A stretch of DNA of 64,000 nt from Octopus sinensis (taxonomy: Eukaryota), in assembly GCF_006345805.1 (NCBI RefSeq), contig NC_043004.1, positions 40,796,001-40,860,000 of the forward strand. The letters are read 5' to 3'. The position numbers were made by a program, and so were the translations under genes. Below, piece by piece: positions 1 to 12,720 of the stretch. Below the pieces are notes generated by a model. The model was not told the DNA's origin and did no database searches. It saw nothing but the letters and a program-made list of their open reading frames with translations. Numbering within the stretch: position 1 is the stretch's first letter; the number at the start of each line of letters is the position of its first letter.

Positions 1-252
1 AAAAACCACAAAAAGGATAAATTCTCGAAAGGAATGAAAATTAAAAACGTTTACCATCTCAACTACATTCCTTTTGAGAATTTATCCTTTTTGTGGTTTT
101 TGAGATTTCTACTGCTCTTTCTAGCACAACACTTTCCTATTTGGAAGCCTCTTATTGTATTTCTATATGAATAATATATAATTAGTCTAATGACTAATTC
201 GTTTTTGTGCTAGGCCTCTGGTAATAATAATTTATTATTACCCTATGTATTA

Positions 253-643
253 TACTCTTTTACTTGTTTCAGTCATTTGACTGCGGCCATGCGGGAGCAC
301 CACCTTTAATCGAGCAACTCGACCCCGGGACTTATTCTTTTGTAAGCCCAGTACTTATTCCATTGGTCTCTTTTGCCGAACCGCTAAGTGACGGGGACGT
401 AAACACACCAGCATCGGTTGTCAAGCAATGCTAGGGGGACAAACACAGACACACAAACACATACATATATATATATATATATATACATATATACGACAGG
501 CTTCTTTCAGTTTCCGTCTACCAAATCCACTCACAAGGCATTGGTCGGCCCGGGGCTATAGCAGAAGACACTTGCCCAAGATGCCACGCAGTGGGACTGA
601 ACCCGGAACCATGTGGTTGGTTAGCAAGCTACTTACCACACAG
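253..643 (-). mobile_element. tRNA-derived SINE family A
   Basis: Family has a box A/B-like head (TGGCTGTGTGGTAAG, GGTTCAGTCCC), an internal CA/TA microsatellite and an AAGAGTA tail; the box A end is clipped in this copy. Confidence 0.9.
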
Positions 644-1236
644 TTTAAGTATTTTTAACAGAGAGAGAGAGACAGGCAGGAGATTTACTTAATGATACCT
701 TCATCACTATTTCAACAACTACAGTAAAGTCTATGGTTTGTAAAGAAGGTCTGATAATACCAAAATATGTCCTGAAGGGTCTCCTTTACTTCTTAACGTC
801 CATTTTCCATGCTGACATCGGTTGAACCATGCTAGCATGGAATACTTGTTGAAATAATAATAACAATGAAAAAAAAACTCTAGTCATTGACTAATAATAT
901 CTTTTCCTCACAGATTGTAATTAGCTTTTTAAAGCATCCTGTTATTTAATTATGTAATTGGTAACTTAATGAAATATATGACAATGTTTTTAACCTACTG
1001 CTCTCTGCAGCAATTTTATGTTAAAAACCAAATTTTGATCAAGAACTATGTATGGTAAATATAATAAGCCAGTTTCAAATGTAATTATCAAATTCAGCAA
1101 TGCCTGTCTGCCCCAAATGTTTGTCTTCCTTCTCCAAAGTGTACACAAACATTAGAAAAGGGAGCACACACATATTCTGTGTGAGTGTGTGTGTATAATT
1201 TCACACTTGTTCCTTCCAAGCTAGTATAGGTTAGAT

Positions 1237-2049
1237 CAGTGGTTCCCAAACTTTTCACTACCATGGACCCATCATCATCGTTTAACATCTGCTTTCCATG
1301 CTAGCATGGGTTGGACGATTTTGACTGAGGGCTGGCGAACCAGATGGTTGCACCAGTCTCCAATCTTGATGTGGCAGAGTTTCTACAGCTGGATGCACTT
1401 CCTAACGCCAACCACTCCGAGAGTGTAGTGGGTGCTTTTTTATGTGCCACCGGCACAGGGGCCAGTCAGGCGGTACTGACAATGACTTCACTCAAATCCT
1501 TTTACACATGCCACCAGCACAGGTGCCAGTGAGGTGACTTTGGTAACGATCACGCTCGAATGGTGCCCTTTTATGTGCCACTGGCACGGAAGCCAGTTGG
1601 CTGCTATGGCAACGATCACACTGGGATGGTGCTCTTGGTGCCCAACTAGCATGGGCACAAGTGCCAGTAAGGCGATACTGGTATAGTAACGAAAGGGTTA
1701 AATGCCACTGGCATGGAAGCCAGTTAGCCGCTCTACGGACCCCAGAATATTGAAAGGTCTGTCACCCTAACATGTTCACCAACCCCCAGTACCTATTTCT
1801 TTATTACCCACAAGGGGCTAAACACAGAGGGGACAAACAAGGACAGACATAGGTATTAAGTCGATTACATCGACCCCAGTGCGTAACTGGTACTTAATTT
1901 ATCGACCCTGAAAGGATGAAAGGCAAAGTCCACCTCGGCGGAATTTGAACTCACAACGTAACGACAGACGAAATACGGCTACGCATTTCGCCCGGCATGC
2001 TAACGATTCTGCCAGCTCCGACCCCCAGTACCACCTTTGGGAACCACTG
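1237..2049. mobile_element. hAT MITE with two nested SINEs
   Basis: TIRs CAGTGGTTCCCAAA / TTTGGGAACCACTG; 8-bp TSD GGTTAGAT / GATTAGAT. Confidence 0.8.
1794..2020 (-). mobile_element. SINE family B (central GGTACTTAATTTATCGACCC..AAGGATGAAAGGC motif, recalled as Meta-domain-like)
   Basis: 12-bp TSD ACCCCCAGTACC at 1782-1793 and 2021-2032. Other copies lie at about 7370, 8345, 9725, 14165, 22230 and 38465. Confidence 0.8.
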
Positions 2050-2339
2050 GATTAGATGAATACTTATTAGTGAGGCATATTTTTTTTATGGCCAGATGCT
2101 CATCCTGTCACTAACCCTTACTTGTTTTTTTAAGTAAAAGCTTAAATGATGTTTCAGGTTTTGTTGCCTTTTTCAGGCAGAATTTGTTGAAACAAATTTT
2201 ATACAGCCAGATAAATGCCTTTCTTGTCACCAACTCTCGCTTGTTTCCAAGCAAGGTAATACTTCCTCATATCCAAACATGGTTTTCATAGCAGGCTAAA
2301 AATAAACAATCTTGCTTGTATGACCATCACATGATATCT

Positions 2340-2790
2340 GACTTGACTTGACTTGAGAGCATTTACCCGGGGTGAGTTGAGCTGGCTTTATTTATCCTCA
2401 ATGCTGCATCAAACACAAACGCCGACCAGGCCTGGCAATTTGAGGCTAACGACCACGTGATCTCCAACCACTCCTTATTCCAGTGGCGAACGCCGTAGAT
2501 ATGGGGGCCTAGGTTGGGTTCCAGATCAGCCTTGACTGTCATCAGCCAGGTTTTTCGTTGTCCACCACATCGCTTTCGCCAACCCTGAAGGAGAGCTGGG
2601 GCAATTGCCTCGTAGATGAATTCTCCTGGTTGACGATGGAGGGCATGACCCAGCTAACACAGACATCTCGTTAGGATGACTTGTCGGAGGGAGGTGATTC
2701 TGCACTGGTGTCGGACAGAATTGTTGGAGACAAAGTGATGCCATCGGACACGAAGGATGCGGCGTAGACAGAGGTGATTGAAGGATATCT
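2340..2790 (-). mobile_element. RTE-clade LINE 3' fragment
   Basis: Same family as 51222-51630 and 40082-40490; short tandem tail at 2340-2356. Confidence 0.8.
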
Positions 2791-4018
2791 AGACAAGGAT
2801 ATATACACACACACACAGGATGAGCTTCTTTCAATTTCCATCAACCAAATTCACTCACAAGGCTTTGACTGCCTCAGGTCTATAGTAGAAGACACTTGCC
2901 CAAGGTGCTCCACAGTGGGACTGAACCTGAGACGAAGTGGTTAGAAATCAAGCTTCTTAACCGCAGAGCCACACCAAACAAATAACAAGCTGGTACTACC
3001 ATGAAACTGGCAAGAACTAATAAGAAATTAGCAAAAATACCTTGTCAAAAAATCTAATTTTTTTTTTAATTTAAAAAAAATTGCTGTTATTAAAAGAAAA
3101 CAAGAAAGCCAAAATATAATTCATCTAATTTTAATGATTTATTTTCATTGTTTGAACTTCTTGAAAGAATATCTTTCCGTTTTTATTTTTTTTTTTGTAT
3201 GTGTGTTTATTACATGTTTTTCATGATTGCTTTTATAATCAATATAATAATTAAAATTTAAAAAAAAAATTCATTTCAATATTTTTATTTTTAGTACAAG
3301 AATATAAAAAAAGAGAAAGAAAATTTTTTTTACATATATATTGTATGTGTGTGTGTGTGTGTGTGTGTGTTGTTAGAATTTCCTCAAAAGAGGATGTAGT
3401 ATATGGAAAGAAATTTTCCCCCCCATATGGCGGTGGTAGAGTAGCAATGGTACAAAAAGACCAAGTTCGTGGGACCAAAAATAAATTTAGAAAAAAAAAA
3501 AAACATCTTGATCTGTGAAAAGAAAAGACAAAAGAAATTAGTTGATTATATAACGAAGAGAGAACTGACATAATTTAATTATTATCAAATTAAACTTATT
3601 GACTGTAGAAATACATCTGCATATAAATTAATGTTGATAACGAACAACTAAAATGTTAAGAAACAGTGCTGATTTGAGTAGCAGTGCCAAATTTTGCTGT
3701 TGTTTGACCTTATGTCAGCCCCGAAGAAGTAGACTAGTGATCTAAAGCATTCCAGCCATGGTCAGTCCACATTACCCCATAACAAGTATAGGGTTGGTTT
3801 CCAAGTTTTCCTGGTGTATTTATATTCACCCTGGGACAGAATACAAGTCTGTCACAGAATAACGCATTCTTACCAGATGAGTGGGCTGCAACAATGCCTG
3901 GTCCATGAATCAAAACCATAATCTTACGAGATAAATCCATCTCCCTAACCACTAAGCCATGCACTTCCACTATTCCATTTATAGCCATTCCATATTTTAT
4001 GTAGGTATGATGTACTCC

Positions 4019-4272
4019 GTGGAGGCGCAATGGCCGAGTGGCTAGGGCAGCGGACTTGCGGTCGTAGCATCGCGGTTTCGATTCCCAGACCAGGCGTTGT
4101 GAGTGTTTATTAAGCGAAAACACCTAACGCTCCACGAGGCTCCGGCAGGGAGGTAGTGACGATCCCTGCTCGCTTAGCCAGCGGGGTGGCATCATTTGAA
4201 GGCTAAAACAATGTGAAGCGCATTGTGACAAGCGATGTGTAGCAACATCTGATAGCATGTTCAGTCACGTGA
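4019..4272 (+). mobile_element. tRNA-headed SINE family D
   Basis: Head TGGCCGAGTGGCTAGG...GGTTTCGATTCCC. Related copies lie at about 8940(-), 9493, 10083, 13560(-), 28672, 32765(-), 34535, 48592, 49735 and 63487. Confidence 0.75.
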
Positions 4273-4532
4273 TCACGTGATTATGTACTCCATGTGTTTG
4301 CAATGAAATATCCAGCAATTTCCTTAACTGGAAACTCATGCATGGATTTACATCTATCAGCAGACCATGAAGTGGACATATCAAACAACTTGTGGAAGAC
4401 ACTGAATATCAAGTTAAGGCAGTGCTCTGCAACTGGTATGCCGTGGCACACTGGTGTGCCATGAGACAATGCTAGGTGTCTAATTTTTTTCCCTAACCTG
4501 AATCTAATTTTTTTCCCTATACATTTCAGTCA

Positions 4533-4580
4533 TTTCCGAACTATTTTGTAGTTCATTCTCAATAGCTGCACCTCTTCCTT
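4533..4580 (-). pseudogene. Isolated 48-bp fragment of the G-gamma CDS (KEEVQLLRMNYKIVRK then TGA)
   Basis: 47/48 identical to 11409-11456; the one difference is synonymous (GAG/GAA). Neither flank continues the homology. Confidence 0.85.
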
Positions 4581-4920
4581 TACTCTTTTATTTGTTTCAG
4601 TCATTTGACTGCGGTCATGCTGGAGCACCACCTTTAGTCAAGCAAATCGACCCCGGGACTTATTCTTTGAAAGCCCAGTACTTATTCTATCGGTCTATTT
4701 TGCTGAACAGCTAGGGGGACAAACGCTGACACACAAACATATACACACACACATACATATATACGACGGGCTTCTTTCAGTTTCCGTCTACCAAATCCAC
4801 TCACAAGGCTTTGGTTGGCCCGAGGCTATAGTAGAAGACACTTGCCCAAGATGCCACACAGTGGGACTGAACCCGGAACCATGTGGTTCGTAAGCAAGCT
4901 ACTTACCACACAGCCACTCC
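4581..4920 (-). mobile_element. SINE family A
   Basis: Same consensus; its tail abuts the G-gamma fragment. Confidence 0.9.
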
Positions 4921-5107
4921 ATTTTTAGTTGAGGTGTGCTGCTGAATTTTGAAAAGAATATAAGTGTACCACAAGGGGAAAAAGGTTGTGGAGTACTGAG
5001 TTAAGGACATGAAGACTGCTATGAAAGGTCAGAACATCTGGCATGGAAGAGTTGCATTGGACCAGGCAAGTCACTTGTCCAGTAGATATATGATCCAATG
5101 AAGACCA

Positions 5108-5510
5108 TACTCTTTTACTCTTCTACTTTGTTCAGTCATTTGACTGCAGCCATGCTGGAGCACTGCCTTTAGCCAAGCAAATCAACCCCAGGACTTATTC
5201 TTTGGAAGCCTAGTACTTATTCTATCGGTCTCCTTTGCCGAACCGCTAAGTTATGGGGATGTAAACGCACCACCATCGGTTGTCAAGCGATGTTGGGGGG
5301 ACAAACACAGACACACAAACATATACACACACATACATTTATATACATATATACGATGGGCTTCTTTCAGTTTCCGTCTACCAAATCCACTCACAAGGCT
5401 TTGGTCAGCCCGAGGCTAGAGTAGAAGACACTTGTCCAAGGTACCAAGCAGTGGGATTGAACCCAGAACCATGTGGTTGGTAAGCAAGCTACTTACCACA
5501 CAGCCACTCT
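5108..5510 (-). mobile_element. SINE family A
   Basis: Same consensus. Confidence 0.9.
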
Positions 5511-5854
5511 TGCACCTAAAATTATCTTAAAATTTTTTTTCCAAACAAGGTTTAAGAGAGTTTTGACTGCTATTTCTAGCAGGTCAAGCAACAACATAAG
5601 GATCCTTTGTTGACACTGGTTGTTGATGTTGTTGTTCAGCTCCAGATCAATCCTGACAGAATAGGCATTCAAACCTTGACTATCCTGAATTCTTGGAGTT
5701 ATCTGGGACTACATCATTAAATGTACCGTTCCTCTATTTTAAAGGTAGTGATGTAGATTTGAGAGTGATTCAGTTGCTATTTCTAGCCCCCTTTAGTCAC
5801 TGGTTTAATAATTTAATGTGAAGATATTTTGAATACATTAATCAGATTACCTAA

Positions 5855-6750
5855 TCTTTATATATAAAAGTCAAGTTGTGTGTCTGTCTCCTACGATTTA
5901 GATTCCTAACTACTCCCACATTTTGCAGTGCAGTTTAATCAAAACCGGGTATCTTATAGTCGTGATTCATATCAAGCCCTTCTGGGTATTAGCGCGCATC
6001 TACGATGAGTCTACGATTTAAAAAAAATTTACCATCATTTTTTTCCATTTTAATGCATTTTTTCGCTATTATATAAGGGAAGTAACTCTCTAAAAATGTC
6101 TACGATGAGTCAACGATTTAAAAAAAATTTACCATCATTTTTTTCCATTTTAATGCATTTTTTCGCTATTATATAAGGAAGTAACTCTCTAAAAATGTCT
6201 ACGATGAGTCAACGATTTAAAAAAAATTTACCATCATTTTTTTCCATTTTAATGCATTTTTTCGCTATTATATAAGGGAAGTAACTCTCTAAAAATGTCT
6301 ACGATGGGTCAACGATTTAAAAAAATTTACCATCATTTTTTTCCATTTTAATGCATTTTTTCGCTATTATATAAGGGAAGTAACTCTCTAAAAATGTTTA
6401 CGATGAGTCTACGATTTAAAAAAAATTTACCATCATTTTTTTCCATTTTAATGCATTTTTTCGCTATTATATAAGGGAAGTAACTCTCTAAAAATGTCTA
6501 CGATGAGTCAACGATTTAAAAAAAATTTACCATCATTTCTTTCCATTTTAATGCATTTTTTCGCTATTATATAAGGGAAGTAACTCTCTAAAAATGTCTA
6601 CGATGAGTCAACGATTTAAAAAAAAATTTACCATCATTTTTTTTTCCATTCTTAATGCATTTTTTTGCTACTTTTTGGCTATAACTCTCAAAAAATGCTT
6701 ATATAGTTATTTCCCTTACAAACCCGAGCAACGCCGGGCGATACTGCTAG
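5855..6750 (+). mobile_element. Non-autonomous Helitron carrying a 100-bp tandem array
   Basis: A|TC 5' end, CCCGAGCAACGCCGGG hairpin at 6723-6738, and CTAG|T 3' end. Confidence 0.85.
6001..6700. repeat. About 100-bp tandem repeat, 6 full units plus 1 degenerate unit
   Basis: Units start at 6001, 6101, 6200, 6300, 6399, 6499 and 6599. Confidence 0.95.
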
Positions 6751-8280
6751 TTAGAAATAATCCAGGAGCACCTCAACGAAATTCTTACTGTGTGGCTAGA
6801 AATCTATTTTACTAAAGACGTGTATCTCTAATTAACTTATTTTGTCTTTCCCATGTTTTTTCTGTTGTTTCTGCTTTGCTTTTATAGAACAATTACATTT
6901 ACTGGTAATAAGATTAATAAGGTGTAATGTTCATTGCTGTCAGGCAGTAAGCTGAGGTAAACAGAGTTATGTACCTTTGCAAAGGAAACGACATGCTTTC
7001 CATGAAACAACAAACAAGATTTCAATTCTCCATCTACACATGATAAGGAAACCTGGTAAACAACAGCTCATCAAACCTCGCAGAATTGTTTCTTTGATTT
7101 TTAAGTATTCAATGTTGCATCTTATCAGATGAACCAGGCATTTTAATAGATTAGACAGAATAACGAAAATCTCAACGTACCGAATTTGACTTGACAATAT
7201 ATCAGATCAGAAAAGCTTAGATGGACGAGTCTCTGTGGTTGCTCAAGCTGTTTTAGAAATAGCAGTCAAATTACCCTGAAACCACAACTACCATTTTATT
7301 TTATCGTTTTAAGCACATACTGGTTAAAGCAGTCATCGAGCTAACAGCTTTTTTTTTTTTTTTTGTAGAGGTGGGGTAAGTTGATTATATTGACACCAGT
7401 ACATCACTGATACTTATATTTTATCAATCCTGGAAGGATGAAAAGCAAAGTCGACCTTGGAGAAGTTTGAACTCGAATGTAAAGGTGGACGAAATATCAC
7501 TAAGCATTTTGCCCAACGTGCTAACAATTCTACCAGCTCACTGCCTTAAACACCAGTTTACCAAATTCTTCATTATTTTGAAAATTAAGTGAAATTAAGG
7601 CGGCGTATTTTATCAGAAATATGATAATGATGGATCCCATAACTTGGTTAATACATCATCATCATTTAATGTCTGTTTTCCATGCTGGCATGAGTAGGAT
7701 GGTCTGACAGAAGCTGACCAACTGAAGGGCTGTTCAGGCTCCATGTCTGATTTGGCATGGTTTCTGCAGCTGGATGCCCTTCCTAACAGAGTGTACTGGG
7801 TGCCTTTACACAGCACCAGTACAGGTGCTTTTTACATGGCATCAGTACTTATGATGCCTGCAAGATAAGGGATGTTCAGCTGGAGTGGCTTGCAAGGGAC
7901 GAATCTGAATGCAAGGGCAACCACACTTTATTTAGCTCAACATGTCCCTTTTCGAGCATGGCAAACTACCCGGAGTCTCAGTTCCCTGTAAGTCCCAACA
8001 TATATAGATCCTGTCTCCTTTGCCAAAACATAACTCTGTGTGTGTGTGTGTGTGTGGTGTGTGTGTGTTTGCATGTGTTTCCTTTTTGGCATCAAGGGTA
8101 TGAATGGGAAAACGTCTGCAAGTTAGAATGTTACATATGTATTGTACTAAATCATGCTGCAAAGGCAGTTTTAATGATTCCAGATGGAGAAAAAAAAGTC
8201 ACAGATGACTGATTCACCAAAGTCTAGTGCTATCATCCTCATCACAATAATCAGAAACTGATATTTGCTATTTAAGCTAA

Positions 8281-8281
<1 letters not shown>

Positions 8282-8332
<51 letters not shown>

Positions 8333-8342
8333 TGTTGTTGTT
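8282..8342. repeat. (AGT)n microsatellite
   Basis: About 16 perfect units followed by (GTT)n. Confidence 0.95.
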
Positions 8343-8645
8343 CCTGCCATAAGCATAAGGCCTAAAAGTGGGGAAAAGGCGAGTAAACTACATCGACTCA
8401 GTGCTCAACTGGTACTTATTTACATCCTTTTGTAAAGGATGTAAAGCTATGTCGAATTTGACCTCAGAACATAAAGACAGATGAAATGCCCCTAAGTATT
8501 TTGCTTGGCATAATAACAATTCTATCAGCTTGCTGCTTTAATAGTAGTAGTAGTAGTAGCAGCAGCAGCAATGATGCCCCAGATGTATCATCCTTTGCCA
8601 ATATCATTGCCATCAGTAACAGCAATGATCAGTAACACCCTAGCT

Positions 8646-8844
8646 CAGTGCTTTTCAACCTTTTTGCTGGAGTGGAACCCGAAGAAAACATTTCACTGGC
8701 TCGAGGAACCCCCACACATATCTGCACAGGAGAATTAAAAATTACTGTCGATTTTAGCATTTTTGTAATTTCTTGCGTAACCCCTGGACTGTACTGTACT
8801 GGCAGAACCCTAAGGTTCCGCGGAACCCTGGTTGAAAACCACTG
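8646..8844. mobile_element. hAT MITE
   Basis: TIRs CAGTG(C/G)TTTTCAACC; perfect 8-bp TSD CCCTAGCT. Confidence 0.9.
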
Positions 8845-10834
8845 CCCTAGCTAATACTGGTAGTAATAGTTGTAGTAGTAGTAGCAGTAGCAATGATGTG
8901 AAGCAAGTAGTCAAGTTACGTTCTCAAGTCATGCTAACTCATAAGGGGTCAGTTTCCTGGTTTCCATGAAATTTAGATTCCAGATGGGATGCCGGTCCAT
9001 TACAGGGTTACTGATTTTCTTTTTGCCAGCTGAGTGGACTGGAGCAACATGAAATGAAATGTTTTCGTCAACAACACAATGTGTCACCCAGTCCAGGAAT
9101 CGAAACCACAATTTTACAATCATGAGTCCGACACTAACCACTAAGCCATGTGACTCCACTGCAGCAATGATGCTCCAAATACAGCACCCTTGGCCAATAC
9201 TGCCACCACCACCACTAATAGCAGTAGCAGTACTGGCAGCAGCAGCAACAGCACTAATGCACAATAGATAGTACCCTGACCACTCCGCATCATTCGGTAC
9301 TGCTACAACATTCTAAACAGTTATTACAGGAACAAGCAATTCATTAATCAAAACTAAATTGAAGAATTTAATCAACTGAAAATTTTTCGCATCTAATTTT
9401 CCTCCAAATTAGTGTCTGTTATATAGTTCTTAATGACTTGATAAATAGAAATTGGTAAAATAAAACCAAACTGAATGCTAGTGTTGATATACCTGAGTGC
9501 ATGACTCAGTGGTTAGAGCATCAAGCTCACCATCATGAAGTAGTGAGTTCAATTGCAGGACTGGGCTATGTGTTTTCTTGAGCAAGACACTTTATTTCAT
9601 GCTACTCCAGTAAACTCAGCTGTAGAAATGATTTGCAACATCACTGGTACCAAGCTGTATCGGTCCCTTTGCCTTACCCTTGGATAACATCGGTGGGATG
9701 ATGAGGGAAGGGTGGTATGCATGGGCAGTGAGCTGGCAGAATCGTTAGCACGCCGGGCGAAATGCTTAGCGGTACTTCGTCTGCCGTTACGTTGAGTTCA
9801 AATTCCGCCGAGGTCGACTTTGCTTTCATCTTTTCGGGGTCGATTAAATGAGTACCAGTTACGCACTGGGGTCAATATAATCGACCTAATACCTATGTCT
9901 GGCCTTGTTTGTCCCCTCTATGTTTAACCCCTTGTGGGTAATAAAGAAATAGGTATGCATGGGCAGCTGCTGGTCTTCCATATACAACCTTGCCCAGACT
10001 TGTGCCTCAGGGGGTAACTTTCTAGGTGCAATCCCATGGTCAATTATGACCAAAGGGGTTCTTTACTCTTTGTGTGTGTGTGTGAAGGTGCATTGATCAA
10101 TTGTTAAAGAGCGTCAGGCTCACCATCATAAGGTAGTGAGTTCAATTCCTGTACTGGGCTGTGTGTTATGTTCTTGAGCAAAGCACTGTATTTCACGTAG
10201 CCCCAGTTCACTCAGCTGAAGAAATGAGTTGTGAGGTCACTGGTGCCAAGCTGTATCGGCCCCTTTGTCTTTCCCTTGGATAACATGGTGAGAGGAGGCT
10301 GGTATGCATGGGCGACTACTGGTCTTCCATATGCAATCTTGTCTGAACTTGTGCTTAGGAGGGGAGCTTTCTAGGTGCAATCCTACGGTCATGGTAAAAG
10401 AGGTCGTTAATCTTTACCCTAGTGCTGATATAACTAAACACTTAATATCAGAGCTCCAGCACGGCCACAGTCAAAGGCTGAAACCAATATAAGAGTATCT
10501 TTTAAGTAAAGAACAACAAAAAATGCTTGTTTTGCAACCACAGTTTTGGGTTCAATACCACTGCACAACTCCTTGGGCAAGTGTCTTCTACTATAATCCT
10601 AAGCTAACCAATGCCTTGTGATAAAATTTTGTAGATGGAACTGTGTAGAAAACCATAATATACATGTATGTGTGTGTGTTTATGTGTATGTGTCTGTCAC
10701 TCATTTCGCCAACACTTGACAACTGGCACTGGTTTGTAACTAAGCGGTTCAGCAAAAAAGGCCAATAGAATAAGTAGTCGCCATGATAGATCGTTAGCCA
10801 CTACACACATTTTTTCTCTCCATGTTTTTTCTGT

Positions 10835-10950
10835 GTCCCTTTCTGTAGAAGAGCATAGGCTCGAAACGTAAAAGACTTTTTCTATTCCTGAGCGTTATAC
10901 TAATACATCTGTTTATTTTGTTCACCACCTGTCTTTGTCTTGTTTTTTTT
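10835..10950 (+). mobile_element. Penelope-like terminal fragment with a degenerate minimal hammerhead motif
   Basis: CTGTAGA-A-GAGC-ATAG-GCTC-GAAA-CG-TA-AAAG has a perfect 4-bp stem II and an A6-to-U core change. Confidence 0.35.
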
Positions 10951-11285
10951 GTAAACTCTCTAATAGAATAAGTACCAGACTTTAAAAAATAATAATAAAA
11001 GTAAAAAAGAAAAACCATAAAAAAGACGCAGTCATGGCTGTGTGGTAAGAATCTTACTTCCAAAACACATAGTTGCGGGTTCAGTCCACTGCATGACACC
11101 TTGAGCAAGTGTCTTTTACTGTAGCCTCGCGCCGACCAAAGCTTTATGAGTAGATTTGATAGAAGGAAACCAGAAGAAGCCCTTAATATATATATGTATG
11201 TATGCATGGCCACAGCTCAATAACTAAAACAAAAAGATTACACAGAAACATAATACGTACAAAATGTGCAAAATGTGTGTCTCAT

Positions 11286-11501
11286 TCACAAAATTATGCA
11301 GAGTCGTTTTTCTTTAAATGGATTTTCCTTGACCGGATGGATCAGTGGGTCATTGGGTGCATTCTCATTACAGTACTTGACAAGTGCTGAGATTGTTTGA
11401 CTCATATTTTTCCGAACTATTTTGTAGTTCATTCTCAATAGCTGCACCTCCTCCTTGAGAACTTTCCGGGACTGGATGGTATGTTGGTTAGGGTAAGGCA
11501 T
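11286..11501 (-). CDS. GNG: Heterotrimeric G-protein gamma subunit (GGL domain), 71 aa, single coding exon; symbol is family-level only
   Basis: MPYPNQ...LKEEVQLLRMNYKIVRKNMSQTISALVKYCNENAPNDPLIHPVKENPFKEKRLCIIL* has the coiled-coil N-half, S-x-T-x3-L-x2-YC, DPL, NPF and terminal CAAX (CIIL). The ATG is in CAAA-ATG context, with an in-frame TGA 36 nt upstream. Confidence 0.93.
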   Translation of the reverse strand: MPYPNQHTIQSRKVLKEEVQLLRMNYKIVRKNMSQTISALVKYCNENAPNDPLIHPVKENPFKEKRLCIIL

Positions 11502-11537
11502 TTTGGAAAGTATATATATGTAAATAGAGCTTTGTCA

Positions 11538-11575
11538 CCTGTAGAATAAAAAAAAAAAGATGAAAAAAGCTGGGG
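11538..11575 (-). promoter_or_regulatory. 3' splice acceptor 37 nt upstream of the G-gamma ATG, implying an upstream non-coding exon
   Basis: Minus strand reads cttttttcatcttttttttttttattctacAG|gtgacaaag, with AG at 11540-11539. Confidence 0.7.
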
Positions 11576-11685
11576 GTTTTTTTTAGTATATTACAATAAT
11601 AGTTATTGAGTTGTAATTTTTGTTGCAATTTTATCAATTTAACCTATTAGCATTCAGATTACTCAGTCAAATGTAATGTTTTATT

Positions 11686-12275
11686 TATTACTTCCGCCTT
11701 AGCGAAGGTATTGTTTTCAGTCACATTTGTTTGTTTGTTTGTCTGTGGACAAGATATCTCAAGAACCGCTGGATGGATTTGGATGAAACTTTCAGGCATG
11801 TTTGGCCTCATGACTGGCTCGAACTGATTAGATTTTGGGATCGATCCATTACTGGACAAGGATTCTGGATTATTTGTTATATTTACTTTACATGAAGTAT
11901 TACAATCTTATGTTCACTGTCAAGTCTTTCTCTGATTATCTCCCTTTAGGCTGTAACTATTTTGAATGGTGAATTTAACTTTGGGTTGTATTAGACAAGG
12001 ATAAACTATTTATTACTGTTACTAAGTTTTCTACAGCCACTGTCACATTCCATGATTACTATTGGGATCGATCAGGTACCAGACAAGGATTCTGGATTAT
12101 TTTTCTTGTTTTTTTTTTACTTAATCTTTGAGAGCAGTTGAGTTCATTTCTAGTATTTCCCTTTGTGAGAGCAGTCGAGTTTTTCAGATATTCTCACTTT
12201 AAAAATCATCTCTGGCTAATCGTTGAGAGGACGTTGGTGTTGCCTTGGTGGAGGTTTGTGCTCTCCAAGTGCTCT
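11686..12275 (+). mobile_element. Helentron-associated (HINE/DINE-1-like) non-autonomous element
   Basis: 5' CTTCCGCC..AAGG and 3' CCTTGGTGGAGG subterminal IRs, a (GTTT)n tract and a 3' hairpin. An internal about 40-bp segment is duplicated at about 11835 and 12062. Confidence 0.6.
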
Positions 12276-12325
12276 TATTCACATTGCTTTGAATTATGCA
12301 TGCATTGTTTCATAAACCTCGAGAA

Positions 12326-12720
12326 GGATCTTTTCGGTTTGAATGGCAGTTTTTAACATAATTTCTAGGTAACTAAAAAATTTTAAACTTCATATACTGG
12401 TAGAATGTGTTAATAAAACATCTTTTTCTCTTGACTTTATTGAGAAAATTCTATAGTTTGTAAGATATTTGTTGTTTTTTTCTTCAATTTCTGCAATTTC
12501 AACCAATCAAATACGTCCATTGAGTTAAAAAACATTCTGTGCCGTATGAATAATATCCTCGTTTAAGAAACAGATTGGGTATATTTACATTTGTGAAGAA
12601 AACTAACCCTAACCCTAAAACAGATTGAAATGCAATAGATCGATACTAGGGTCATAATTATGGGTGACAATTTCATATGACACTGCTAGAAAAAAACTGC
12701 TGTTCAAACCGAAAAGATCC
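12326..12720. mobile_element. MITE with 29-bp TIRs
   Basis: GGATCTTTTCGGTTTGAA(T)GGCAGTTTTT ... AAAAACTGC(T)GTTCAAACCGAAAAGATCC; a partial copy lies at about 23243-23315. Confidence 0.75.

Noticed and set aside
4019-4095. tRNA gene-like sequence (also 48592 and 63487)
   Set aside because: These are SINE heads continuing into a shared SINE body, with no clean cloverleaf or terminator.
3734-4123. 129-aa minus ORF with KIMVLIHGPGIV, superficially like the FAM172A/ARB2 hydrolase motif
   Set aside because: The DNA matches the degenerate tRNA-SINE seen at 8940-9160 plus the SINE at 4019. The downstream motif spacing does not fit.
6967-7197. 76-aa minus ORF checked as a possible third G-gamma
   Set aside because: No YC, DPL or NPF motifs in the frames examined.
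12601-12618. Telomere-like (CCCTAA)2
   Set aside because: Only two units and internal to a MITE.
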